This document shows, in pieces, positions 13,601-24,600 of a stretch of DNA of 64,000 nt. Positions within the stretch are counted from its first letter, which is position 1, and every line of letters begins with the position of its first letter. The position numbers and the translations under genes were made by a program. Location of the stretch: assembly GCA_030390025.1 (NCBI GenBank), contig CM059431.1:157234001-157298000 (forward strand). The letters run 5' to 3'. The notes beneath the pieces were generated by a model, which was not told the DNA's origin, made no database searches, and worked only from the letters and a program-made list of their open reading frames with translations. The DNA is from Squalus acanthias. Its lineage: Eukaryota.

Positions 13601-14160
13601 GTATTGTGTGCAGTTTTGGTCTCCTAACTTGAGGAACGACATTCTTGCTATTGAGGGAGAGCAACGAAGGTTCACTAGATTGATTCCTGGGATGGCCAGA
13701 CTGACATATCAAGAAAGACTGAATCAACTGAACTTGTAACCTCTGGAGTTCAGAAGAATGAGGGGGGAACTTATAGAGACGTTTAAAATCCTGACTGGTT
13801 TAGACAAATTAGATGCGGGCAGAATGTTTCCAATGTTAGGGAAAACTAAAACAAGGGGTCACAGTCTAAGGATAAAGGGGAAGCCATCTAAGACTGAGAT
13901 GAGGAGGAACTTCTTCACCCAGAGAGTGGTGAATCTGTGGAATTCTCTACCACAGAAGGTTGTTGAGTCCAGTTCGCTAAATATATTCAAAAGGGAGTTA
14001 GATATAATACTCACAACTAGGGAGATCAAGGGGTATGGTGAGAAAGCAGGAATGGGGTACTGAGGTAGCATGTTCAGCCATGAACGCATTGAATGGCGGT
14101 GCAGGCTCGAAGGACCGAATGGTCTACTCTTGCACCTATTTTCTATGTTTCTATGTTTCT

Positions 14161-15065
14161 ATCCTTGCAGTAGCTCACTAGGAACAGCCTGCCAACAAGA
14201 ATATGATCCTTTTATTCCAACTCTCAGTTTCTGTCAGTTAACCAATTCTCAATACATGCTAATATATTACGCCCAATCCCATGAGTCTTAATTTTGTTTA
14301 ACAACCTCTTGTGTGGCACCTATTCGAAAGCCTTCTGAAAATTCAAATGCACCACATCCACTGAGTCCCCCTTATCTGTTCTGCTAGTTAAAAACTCAAA
14401 AAACTGCAACAGATTTGTCAAACACGATTTCCCTTTTATAAATCCGTGTTGACTCTGGCCAATACCATTATTGTTTTCTAAGTGCCCTGTTAACACGTCC
14501 TTAAAAATAGATTCTAGCATTTACACTAATACTGTTCTATCCTTTGTTGCTCCAACATGGATGAGCTCAGATTTGTCTCCATTGAAATTCATTTGCCACG
14601 GTTCTGCACATACACTTAATCTATCGATATCTCTCTGTAAGTTTTGCTTTTATCTGCACTGCCTCCTAACTTTGTGAAAAGTCGCACAAAACCAGGTTAT
14701 AGTCCAACAGTTTTATTTGAAATCACATGCTTTCGGAGCTACTGCCCCTTCGTCAGGTGAAGTAAAAAGGCTTTTTACTTCACCTGACGAAGGGGCAGCA
14801 ACTCCGAAAGCTTGTGATTTAAAATAAAACTGTTGGACTACAACCTGGTGTTGTGCGACTTCTCACTTTTGTCCACCCCAGTCCAACACCGGCATCTCCG
14901 CATCATCCTAACTTTGAGTAATCAGTATATTTGAATGCAGGACGTTCTATGCTATCATCTAAGACGTTAATAAATACTGTCAATAGTTGAGACTGCAACA
15001 CAGATCCCTGCGGGACAAAACTAGCCACATCCTGTCAATGTGAGTCCCTAAACATTATCCCTAAT
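14161..15065 (-). mobile_element. Continuation of the antisense CR1 plus an adjacent degenerate CR1-like fragment
   Basis: QSQHGFIKGKSCLTNL...LNFQKAFE. Confidence 0.85.
14675..14905. mobile_element. Palindromic Penelope pLTR-only insertion with two opposed hammerhead motifs (14723-14760 minus, 14780-14817 plus)
   Basis: About 95-bp inverted arms centred at 14770; right arm matches the 3' end of the Penelope at 10510-10598; TSD tcctaactttg at 14664-14674 and 14906-14916. Confidence 0.88.
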
Positions 15066-15453
15066 TAACGGCCGTGTGTTAGATGGCTCGAGTTATCCAA
15101 AACTTCAGGAGTCACAGTTTATCGGAGAAAGCATGTTGATAGCCATGGTTGAACTAAGGTTGAGTGCAAAATTTTGCGTAGGGACAATACGTTATTTCTT
15201 AACATTCTGTAAGTTTGAGCGTATAATTTACCTCACTGGTATAGTTAACATTCCTGTGAAGCGCCTTGGGACTTTTACTACGTTAAAGTTGCTATATAAT
15301 TACACGATGTTTCTGTTGTTGATGAGTTTAACAGTCTCAGATCAGTCGGAATCCACAACTGAATGAGAAGAGATCAAAAACGCAACTTCAGGTTTACTGG
15401 ATTGCAAACAAAAGCTGGCAGATATATCAGTTGAAGTGAAAGAGTAACCTTAC

Positions 15454-15580
15454 CCGATGTGTGTGCGCTTGTGCCATATCTGCCGGCTCCTGGCTCTTCA
15501 TTTACTGTGTGTGTGAGGCTGATGTCATTGTATGTATTCGTGCTTTCCAAAGTTTCGGTTGGATCAATTTCCTGTTGGAT
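15454..15580 (-). CDS. Exon E3, copy A
   Basis: Intact splice sites (cag|ATC, G|gtaagg) and open frame. Confidence 0.55.
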
Positions 15581-16674
15581 CTGATTATAGGCAGAATATG
15601 ATTAGATACAATAGGTCTGACTTTCCGGTTACTGAAATGTATGAGCCACAAATTTCGCCAGCCAGTGCAGCAACCGACAATTAGAGTCCTCAGGGACGAG
15701 GTACGCTAATTACGCTAGAAATATATCGTGGTACCAATCATAATTGCAAAAACCGAAAACAACAAAGGCTATAAAGTTGTTCGATAAGGTGAATTAATTA
15801 AAAATGGAGCCGAGGTGATCCCAAAAGTTGTATTTAATCTTTAAGAAAGCAATTACTTGTGTAATCAGGATAAGAAAGTTTGTAAACTAAAATTCACAGA
15901 CTTCTGATGAGGCAGACTCTGAGCCGAGGTGAGCAGGAATCGCTTCACAAATAGGGGCGGGAGAGTAGAAGCATAATTAATGAATGTAATTCCGTAGACA
16001 TAGGGAAACTGGGAGCATAGGTAAATTTCCAATCCAATCCATCGGATGAAATCTCGCTCCAAATAGATACATGGCCCCAAATTACAGAGCCAAGAATGAA
16101 GTAACCGGAAGCATGTCGAAGAGGGGCCGGCCAAAATGAATGTGGTAAAGGTTGGAGTGACTATTGAAATGCAATATATCAGTTCGTGATTGGAGCCAAT
16201 AGTGCACATACAATGCGAGTGCTCTGCTTGGAGGCGAAGCTATAAATCTGGATCTGGGTTTAGAGGTGAGGAAGCAAATGCAGTCTTACTGTTGGGCATG
16301 GATGAAGGTTCATGACCAAGGGATTATATAGTTACTCAGTTAAAAGGATATATCTTAATTCATGCAAAATTAATCTTTGCTCTTGCAGAGCAGTGCTGGA
16401 TGCAGTTCACCGACTGTCTTCTGATTTACTTTCGGGGGTAAAAAAAAAATCGGTCAAAATTGGCGTCTGATACGCACCCGAGAGGAAATTATGCAATGAC
16501 GTGGAAATCTCGGCAATCAACCTTTTGCCTAATGCAAAATGTCAGAGCGGTGGTCCGTGTAACCAATGCGCAGTGCAACTTGCCTACTTCAGGAAGGAAA
16601 GGCTGACGAAGAGTAAAAGCTACTGGTTATAATTAAACAAACACGTCTGGTCAATCCATTTAAGTCAAAAATAC

Positions 16675-16844
16675 CTCAGAATCAATCGGAGTGAATACGC
16701 TTTTATGAAGCAGATTTGCACTGATACCAGACGCAGATTCTTCTTCAGCTTCAAGTATTCTATCTCGGTACATTTCCGTATCTTTGGATTCATGAGTGTC
16801 AGCGCCTGTCGATACAGTTGGTCCAACTCCAGTAATATTATCCA
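16675..16844 (-). CDS. Exon E2, copy A
   Basis: Intact splice sites and open frame (VDNITGVGPTVSTGADTHESKDTEMYRDRILEAEEESASG...DSE). Confidence 0.55.
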
Positions 16845-17084
16845 CTATAAAATACAAGTGGAACAAAAAATATCGGATAGCTAAAATAAACGATAATCTG
16901 TAGAAGAGGCATATAGAAATATTTTGCACTGCATCAAACTAATTATTCAAACGAAGAGGGAAAGTCAAATAATTAATAATCAATCTGTAAATATATATTT
17001 ATCTGTCTGTATGTGTATCTCGTTGACTGTCTGGCTATCAATCTAACTATTACATATATCTCCATCTGTCTATTTGCTTATTCT

Positions 17085-17830
17085 ATTTAGTGATCTGCTA
17101 AACTGTACTCTGATGTAATTGAATACACGGCAGTCGATGCATCATCTTAAGCATACTGCAGGGTGAATCTTTGAAACACAATCAGTGGATTTCTCGACAC
17201 TGGCCTTGCAATTGGTTCGTGCTGGAGGCCGCATACTGGGCACGGGCCTGAAGTGTAATTGTGACGTTCTAAGATAAATTAAAACGTGCTGAATTAAATG
17301 GGCAGCACCTTTTACATTTCTCCCGATTTTGATATACATTCACTACGTTCGCTAGTACTTTCGATTCGCTATCGGTCATTGTACACCATCACACGAAGCC
17401 AAAATTACCCCGGGGAATTATGTGATGTAAATGGTAGGGCTGAGACTCATCAATATCACCATCTGGCAATCTGCTTAGTCTATTTATGGATCAGCTAAAC
17501 TGTACCCTGGTGTAATGGAATAGACGGCAGGTTACCGTCTGCAGTCGATGCATCACTAAAAGCATAGTGCAGGGTGAACGCTTAAAACTCAATCAGTGAA
17601 TGTATCTACCCTGCCCTAGAAATTTGTCCTTGCCGGCTGCCGCGAATTGGACACGGGGCAGAGCTTGTAATTGTGACTTTCTAATTGTGAAATCAATTTA
17701 AATTTGCTGATTTGATTGGGCATGTGTTTTTACATCTCTTGCGATTTCGACTTCCATTCGCTTTACTATTTTCGATTCGCTATCGCCCAGTTTACATCAT
17801 CACACGATGCCAATATTACATCATTTCTGC
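17085..17830. repeat. Two diverged ~390-bp tandem units in intron 1; related unit at about 19240-19450; paralogs in copies B and C
   Basis: gctaaactgtac...gcagtcgatgcatca...tgcagggtgaa...ttcgattcgctatcg occurs twice. Confidence 0.75.
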
Positions 17831-17930
17831 GCCAAAAAGGGGAGGCCTGAGACACTCCCAATATTGAGGTTTACAGGATTGAATTTAAATAATTGCGATT
17901 ATATCAGTTCAAAAGAAGGAGTAAACTCAC

Positions 17931-18462
17931 CGGATGTGTATAATCGTTTGTCAACCATGCTGGCTCCTTTTTCTTGCAGCCGTGAATGTTGAATTTCTTT
18001 CAATATGGGTGTGGGGCTCATTTCGTGAGTATTCGTGCTGAGCACAGTTTCCATCGGAGCGGTTTCCTCTTGGTTAGGATGAAATATTTCAGGCTTGATA
18101 CTGACAGGACTGCTCTTTACAGATATATTGGTGTGAGACTCGTTTCCAGTGGGAACATTTTCTTCCAATTCTTTTTTGTGACATTTAACCATGTCACCAG
18201 CTGTCGCGGTGCTTCTGTCAGTTACTGCAGGGATATTCTGCGCTTTGCCCTTTTCTTTATGACTCTCATTGTTTGTAGATAAAGTGCCTTTATCTTTGAA
18301 CAATCCTCCGGCAATGACATTCGGTTCTGTGTCTGGTCTCTTGTGCCAATGTTCACTTCGATCACCGGGATTGGTTTTGACATCATGCAGTTCGTCACAA
18401 TGATGAATACGTTAGAGCGAATCTTTTGTTCCCCGGGAGATCTCTTTCGGATTCTGAGCCAT
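17931..18462 (-). pseudogene. Exon E1, copy A, with premature stop
   Basis: ATG in good context (accATGG) at 18462, but codon 17 is TAA (18412-18414) where copies B and C have GAA; donor intact. Confidence 0.7.
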
Positions 18463-19829
18463 GGTGTCTCCAGACGGAGAATCTTCTCTTTCTAAATCAA
18501 AGACTCAGATATTCAGCAATAACATTGGTAGACCTGATCTTATATATCTGTAACTGGACAAGACAGATTTTAAATAATATTTCAAGAAATTCACGCGTTT
18601 CATATTTTTTACAATACCTGGTATGATCCAGTATTGTTTGGGCTCCATCACACTAAATTGAGGGCAATAGGAAGAAGGATAAAGCGTAGCATTACCCGTG
18701 CCACGTGTAAATGAAGACACACTGGAGTAATTAGCGGGCCAACGCGTGGTTAGTACTTAGGTGTACGGAATTCGGAATTTCGTTTCTTTATACAATGGGA
18801 CACCGAAGCGGGGCGGGTGCTGTACAGAACTATTGGTCTGCAACTAAACAGGTCATCGTGGCAGGGTAGATATAATGGAGGGGGGAATGTTTCAACCAGA
18901 TGCAGGGGTTGTTGTGGTAAGTGTCAGAAAACCCCCTTACTGATTATAGCATACATTCTTTTATGCCAGAGCATATATAAATTAACCTTTAATAACTCTA
19001 ATACCAAAGTTGGGAGAACATGATTGTAAAATGTTAATAACGTAAATGCGAGACATAAAAAAAACAATAGAGCTTTGCTTGAATTAATTAAAAATGTTTG
19101 ACAAATAAGATCTGTGACCTGGAACTTTATTTTAGGGGATTATAGATTGGACATGATTATCTTCACGCATACATGGTGGAATGATTCAAATCGCTCGATT
19201 AAATATCTGTAACGATAATTGTTTTAGATTAATTTATACACAATGGCCTAGAGATTGGTTCTTGCTGGTTGGCGTGAACTGAGCGCCGCGAGGAGTGTTT
19301 TATTGTGACTTTCTTATTGTGAGATGAAATTAAAACTTGCTCAAGTGAATGGGCTGCCGGTTTTACAACTCTCACGATTTTGGATTCCATTGATTACAGT
19401 CGCTAGTACTGTCGATTCACCATCACCCATTTTACAACATCACCCAACATCAAAGTTACCGCCGACACACCCGATATTGGGCCTCGGGCCTCGTTTACAG
19501 CAGACTGGGGCGGTGCAGAGACCTGCTGAGCTTCCACAGGAACCTGGCCAATGACCATGATTTTAAGATCGATGGTCTGAAATGGGCAACTGGGACAGTT
19601 CAGTGATTTAGCGAAGAAGGGCGATCAGATTAGAGCGAGAGAGAAGTGGTCGGCTGAGAGAGTGTGGGACTGGTAGAAGAGCGAGGGGTGCAAACGTCGA
19701 GCGAGTGAGAGAGGCAATCGAGATTAGTGACCGAGATCTTTGTGTGAAGCACACTATTGGGCTAACAGCAAACGCCTCTGCTTCGTCGCTGACTGCAAAT
19801 TCCGGCCCATTCTTTATTTGATAGTGGTA

Positions 19830-20588
19830 TCCTGGGAACGGTAGCATCGTGGTAATGTCACTGTGCGAGTAATACAGCAGGTCTGGATGCTGTGATGATT
19901 CAGAGACGTAAGTTCAAATCCCACCACAGCAGCTGCGGAATTTATATTTAGTTAATTAATTGAATCTGGAATAAAAAAAGCCAGTATCTGCCGTTCTTAT
20001 CTGCCTATATGTAACTCCAGACCCACAGCAATGTAATTGAATCTTAAGTGCTCTCTGAAATGGCCTAGCAAGCCACACAATAATAAGAAGGAAACCGGGC
20101 AAACCACAGGCATCGAACTCGGCACCAGCTACGGACATGGCAACTGCACACCTAGCCCAGTGGAACCTGCAAAGGCATCCTCACCAACATTGTGGACTGG
20201 TGCCAAATTTGGGGAGCTGTCCCACAGGCGAGTAAAGCAGAAGCCTGATATTGTCATCCTCACAGAATTATATCTTTCAGACAATGTCCCACACTCCTCC
20301 ATCGCCATCGCTGGGTGGCGGCACAGAGGTATAAAATCGGCAAGGAGTGGCCCCTAGGTGTCCTTAACATTGACTCCGGATCCCATGATGCCTTAGGCTT
20401 CACGTGAAGCATGGGCAATGAAACCTCTTATTACCTACCGCCCTTCCTCAGCTGATGAATCAGTACTCCTCCATATTGAACACCACTTGGAAGAAGCACT
20501 GAGAGTAACAAGGGCACAGAATGTACTCTGGTTGGGGGTCTTTAATGTCCACCAAGAGTGCCTCGGTGGCACCACTACTGACCGAGCT
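19830..20588 (+). mobile_element. Inverted paralog of the same APE-type LINE fragment
   Basis: PDIVILTELYL, TYRPSS, LGVFNVH (GDFN-like) motifs; gttcaaatccc B-box-like sequence. Confidence 0.75.
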
Positions 20589-20590
20589 AC

Positions 20591-20798
20591 TCACCCCATT
20601 GGAATTTATTTTATCTCTTTAGTTTTAGCTTCGCTGGAACAAGGCCTTTATACCAAGGGCCCATATCAGCGCTGTTTCACCATTCTTTAGTTTCCCCGGA
20701 GTAATGAATGGTAATATTATTTGGTCAATGGCTACACTTGAGTTATACATATATGCTTCTCGTCTACTAAATATCCCTAGATATCAGACTTTCGTACA
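20591..20798 (-). mobile_element. Inverted fragment of the same LTR
   Basis: Reverse complement of the LTR 5' end together with its host flank. Confidence 0.85.
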
Positions 20799-20897
20799 AA
20801 ATGCTGCTGCTCTAAAAGTTAGATCAAATTATTAATTGATTCAAAGCGGACACTGTGATTTAACCTGTGCTCTTTTACACTTTTGCAGATAATTGAG

Positions 20898-21058
20898 ATA
20901 CTAAAATATTAATAATGTTGGCGAGCTACACGGATATCCAGCTGGGAAAAATTATCGGTTTCTACCGTCAGAGACTAGAACAGTCAATTGAAGAATTCGT
21001 GGAAGCTGTTAGTCAGTCGCTCTTAGATGCAAACGTGTTTACTGAAACAATTCATAGG
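20898..21058 (+). pseudogene. Inverted full-length exon A copy (opposite strand to the gene)
   Basis: 161-nt open frame LASYTDIQLGKIIGFYRQRLEQSIEEF...IHR|gtatgc; acceptor weakened (ttgag instead of ttcag); no plus-strand partner exons seen. Confidence 0.6.
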
Positions 21059-21099
21059 GTATGCTACAAATATGTTGGAATCGTCCAAATGGTCACCTA

Positions 21100-21400
21100 A
21101 ATTTGAGAAAGTTTGGTGGTAGATTGTTCAAGTAGGTCTGGAACAACATGTCTTTGCGATGTTGCGGTTGTATTCTCTGGGGACTGTATATTCGCCGCGT
21201 AGGTGTGGTGGTGCGATGTTTGCAAGCACAGGCACCCACGGTGCTGCTGTTGATAAAAGTGTACCGGTGATAAATCTCATAACAGAGTTCAGCTGCACAT
21301 CAACGGATTTAACATGCGGACTTGATAGCCATGGGGTTGATAATAATAGCCTTCTCACGGCCCACTCTTTTATGTGATCATGATTACAACTAATATCGTC
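21100..21400 (-). mobile_element. Old Ingi/Vingi-like LINE fragment next to exon A; shorter paralogs at about 280-470, 32730-32920 and 42700-42890
   Basis: PW.SSPHVKSVDVQLNSVMRFITGTLLST..PW.PVLANIAPPHLR resembles the recalled Vingi ORF C-terminus. Confidence 0.6.
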
Positions 21401-21503
21401 TCAAAGGACACATAACTTGTCGTTTTTAATGCATTATATTATCTGTGAACAGCATCTCAATGTATAACCATGAGTTCCTCGTCGAAGAATCCTCGACACA
21501 ATC

Positions 21504-21533
21504 AGCTCGCCAACATTAATAATATTTTAGTAT
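21504..21533 (-). pseudogene. Truncated exon A remnant (first ~30 nt) at an inversion breakpoint
   Basis: Acceptor and 5' end of exon A are present; similarity stops abruptly at about 21504. Confidence 0.65.
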
Positions 21534-21632
21534 CTGAATTTTCTGTAAAAGTGTAAAAGAGAACAAATTAAAATATAGTGCCCGCTTTGAGGAAATGAAT
21601 AATTTTTAATAACTTTTAGAGCAGCAGCTTTT

Positions 21633-24600
21633 TGTACGAAAGGCTGATATTTAGAGATATTTAGTAGACGAGAATCATATGTGTATAACTTCAAGTGTTG
21701 CCATTGACAAAATAATAGTACCATTAATTACTCCTGGGAAACTCAAGACTAATGAAAAAGCGCTGATATGGGCCATTGGTATAAAGGCCTTGTACCAGGC
21801 GAGCTAAAAACGAAAGAGATAAATTAAATTCCAATGGGGTGAAAAACTATGAACAAGATAACACTGAACATGGCAAAGTTGGTGGAAAAATACTGGAAAA
21901 GCGAGATGCTAACTTAGTCTCAGTGACAATGGTATTTTGAACATTAGAACCAATTATAAAAGGTGATTTTGTTAAAGACCATATATGGACAGTGGCCAAA
22001 CGAACTGTTGATAAGAAAAGGGTTAAAACCGCGATACTCAAGAACAACTTTACACAGACCTACTGCGAGAACAAAGGAACAGACATAAGACAAAGTAATC
22101 TGTGTCCGAGAGGTTCCAGAGACCAAGGGCTGCGAGCTACTAGTTAAACTATCGCCTAATATTAAGTATATTACGCTGTATGCTTAATAAATCTTGATCT
22201 ATTGCTCAAACATACTGGCTGCTGCCTATTGGTGTGTTATCCAAGAAATCAGAGATCATTAAGATCTTACAAATTGGCACCCTCCAGATGGGACAAGATA
22301 AAGCGGCTAGTATTGTGTAATAGATCGGACCTCAAAAGTAGCTTCCTGATCAGCTGTTGCTCTTGAGGAGGGATAAACCCCATGGCGTGTGGAGAGTGCC
22401 TGTGAATTGCGCGCCAAAAGTAATTGAGGTTAGAGGTCTGTTAAGAAAATCAACAAATGGCTAGTAAAAGTTGTGTTAATGCATAGAAGAGTATGCTAGA
22501 CAGAGGCTCAAAGCGGAGCAAGTGCAGGTATTATTGACGGAACGTTTAATCAAAGGAGAGGGAGTCCCCTTTGAAAAAGCGATAAACTTTATTCCGGAAA
22601 CCTGTCTCAGAAAAAACACGTGTTAAGAGATAAACATAGCCAGGATAGTTAAGCATGATGTGCAGGAGAGAGAGGCAGAGATAAAGAAAGAAAAAAATCT
22701 AATTTGCAGGCTAACCAACCTGAAAACTCAGCAAAGGAAGGGAAAAAACAGGGATTTGGAAAGCAAGGAAAAGCTGCTGAGACGCCAATTTAAAATGAGG
22801 AGAAAAAAGAGAAATTTAAAGTTTGCCTGACATGGAAGTTATTAACATCTGTGCTGAGACAAATAAAACTCCAGATTTGCTGAGTGAAAGGAAGCTTAAA
22901 AAAATGCTGGAATTTCAGTTTGTGTGAAAGTGCATGTTAAAAGGCGAAAGTTTTCCTCATTATGAATGTTTAAGAAGTTACAGCATTTCTTTTGTCTGAA
23001 AGTCTGTTTTAAAAAAATGTCTGTTATGTGTTTTAGCTCCACCCACTTCTCTTTGCTAAAAGCCTTTAAAACTTTTGTCTTGTCTTGGATTTTGGAAGTT
23101 TTAAGAATGTGCGAATAAGATTTTGCCCCAGGAATTGAAAAAAAAAAACTTTGAACTACAATTTAAGTTAAGCTGGTGTATAATTCTGAGAAGAACAACT
23201 AAAAGTTTGTTCAACAAACATTAAGTTTCAGTCTAAGATTTAACCTTGGAATTGCGGTTGCTATGGTGAAATCTTCCAAAGCAGTTTCATTTGATTTGTT
23301 TAAATGTGAAAAAAGAAATTTTCTCCTGTTATATTCAATATTTTTCGGTTTTTTGGAAAGGCATCTGAAGAAAGGACAATAAGAAATATGACGTAATTTT
23401 CAGTTTTCTGTAAGCATGTGCTATTTTGTTTAGTTTTGCTCTTTTCGTGTTTAGTTAAAGTGTGAAAACGAACTGTCTTTTTCGATCGGGAAAGTTTTTT
23501 TTAATTTACGTGAAGTGACGCAATTGCGAGCACCTGACAATGTTTTGCTCCACCTTCTTAAAAACATGCAAAGGAGTTAACCCTTTCCACTGACAGCTGT
23601 TTAAGTTCAACAAGCAACAAGTTTAGTATGAAATTTAAAGATAATGATCCTTATTACATTTAAGTTTCTTAACTTAAATTAATATTTTCCCACAGTGACA
23701 GAAGGAAAACTATTAAGCAGAGTCACAATGGAGTATTTTCTTTCTTTTGTTATATGGAAGTTACCTTATTAACTAATTGCAGCACCTCTGTCTCTAATGT
23801 TAAAACACAGTGTAAACCACCTAGCCTGGGAATCACTCGTTTCTGAAATTGGAAATGGAAGATAAAGAGACAGAAATGAAATTTAACATTGACAAAACCT
23901 GTCAGTTCAACAATGCTGCTGTTTGCATTTTGGGATAATTTTGTAATAACAAAATGGACTCAAGCACTATATATTGGGTTGCTTTTGGGAAAATAAAAGG
24001 TCCTCTAAAATAATGATAATAAAAGTGTTAAAAACTTGGACCAAGTGAGAAGGCTTGATCTAAGTTTTCAATCGTAAAAATTGTACTGGACAGTAAAGTT
24101 CCTCCAGGGCTCAAGAATGAGATATGAATGGTAATTAATGGGATGTGTAAAATGGAGAGAGGAGGTGATTGAGGGTGTGAGGTATAAACAGTAGAAATAC
24201 ACCAACAAATGGGTATTTTCCAAACTTTCTAGTGAATGTCAGGAAGTGTCGTTTAGAATAGTAAATTGATAGCTTTCTCTTGGAGACATTTGTGCCCCTG
24301 TCTATAATGAACTTTTTAAGAAAACAGAATTTGATAGTCAGGCCACTATCCAAGACATCGGGACCATGTGGTGGAAGATGAACAAAGACCTCCAGACAAT
24401 CTTTTGGCAGGATTAGCTGAAAGCCCAAGAATGGCTTGTATCGGATGGCACGTGTGGCACGATATTGAGATACCGATATAAGTTTGCAAATGTGATTCGT
24501 TACGAATGAGGCAATTACCATCCGGGAATGTCTGTTGAATTTGCAATGAAGAACAGGTATCAGACAGGCTCAGTTACTTGACAACAGCAAGACATGAAAT

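Larger units (their letters stand above)
8953..14160 (+). mobile_element. Younger full-length CR1 LINE, specific to copy A, with ORF1 interrupted by Penelope
   Basis: ORF1 CxxC...CxxC plus leucine zipper (9383) and SGNH domain; ORF2 ETWL, YRPP, GDFN, SDH, YLDFQKAFDKVPH, FADD; (TTTCTATG)n tail; empty site gcactgatccttg at about 50637 and 58500. Confidence 0.95.
1..19622. repeat. Segmental duplication unit, copy A (paralog of 42430-64000)
   Basis: Colinear similarity from position 1 (about 42430) to 19622 (window end); differs by copy-specific insertions at 7196-7938 and 8953-14160. Confidence 0.95.
19732..21500. repeat. Inverted duplication of parts of 21504-27863
   Basis: 19732-20588 is the reverse complement of about 26997-27863; 20591-20927 is the reverse complement of about 21504-21842. 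Confidence 0.9.

Noticed and set aside
8953..14160. Active autonomous CR1
   Set aside because: ORF1 is interrupted and ORF2 has several frameshifts and stops
14675..14866. Long hairpin as a miRNA precursor, terminator or CRISPR-like structure
   Set aside because: Fully explained as inverted Penelope pLTR ends with a TSD; eukaryotic context and no spacer array
15865..16209. Hydrophobic ORF MCTIGSNH... in three copies
   Set aside because: Conservation is explained by recent duplication; frameshifted in copy B; no splice or domain support
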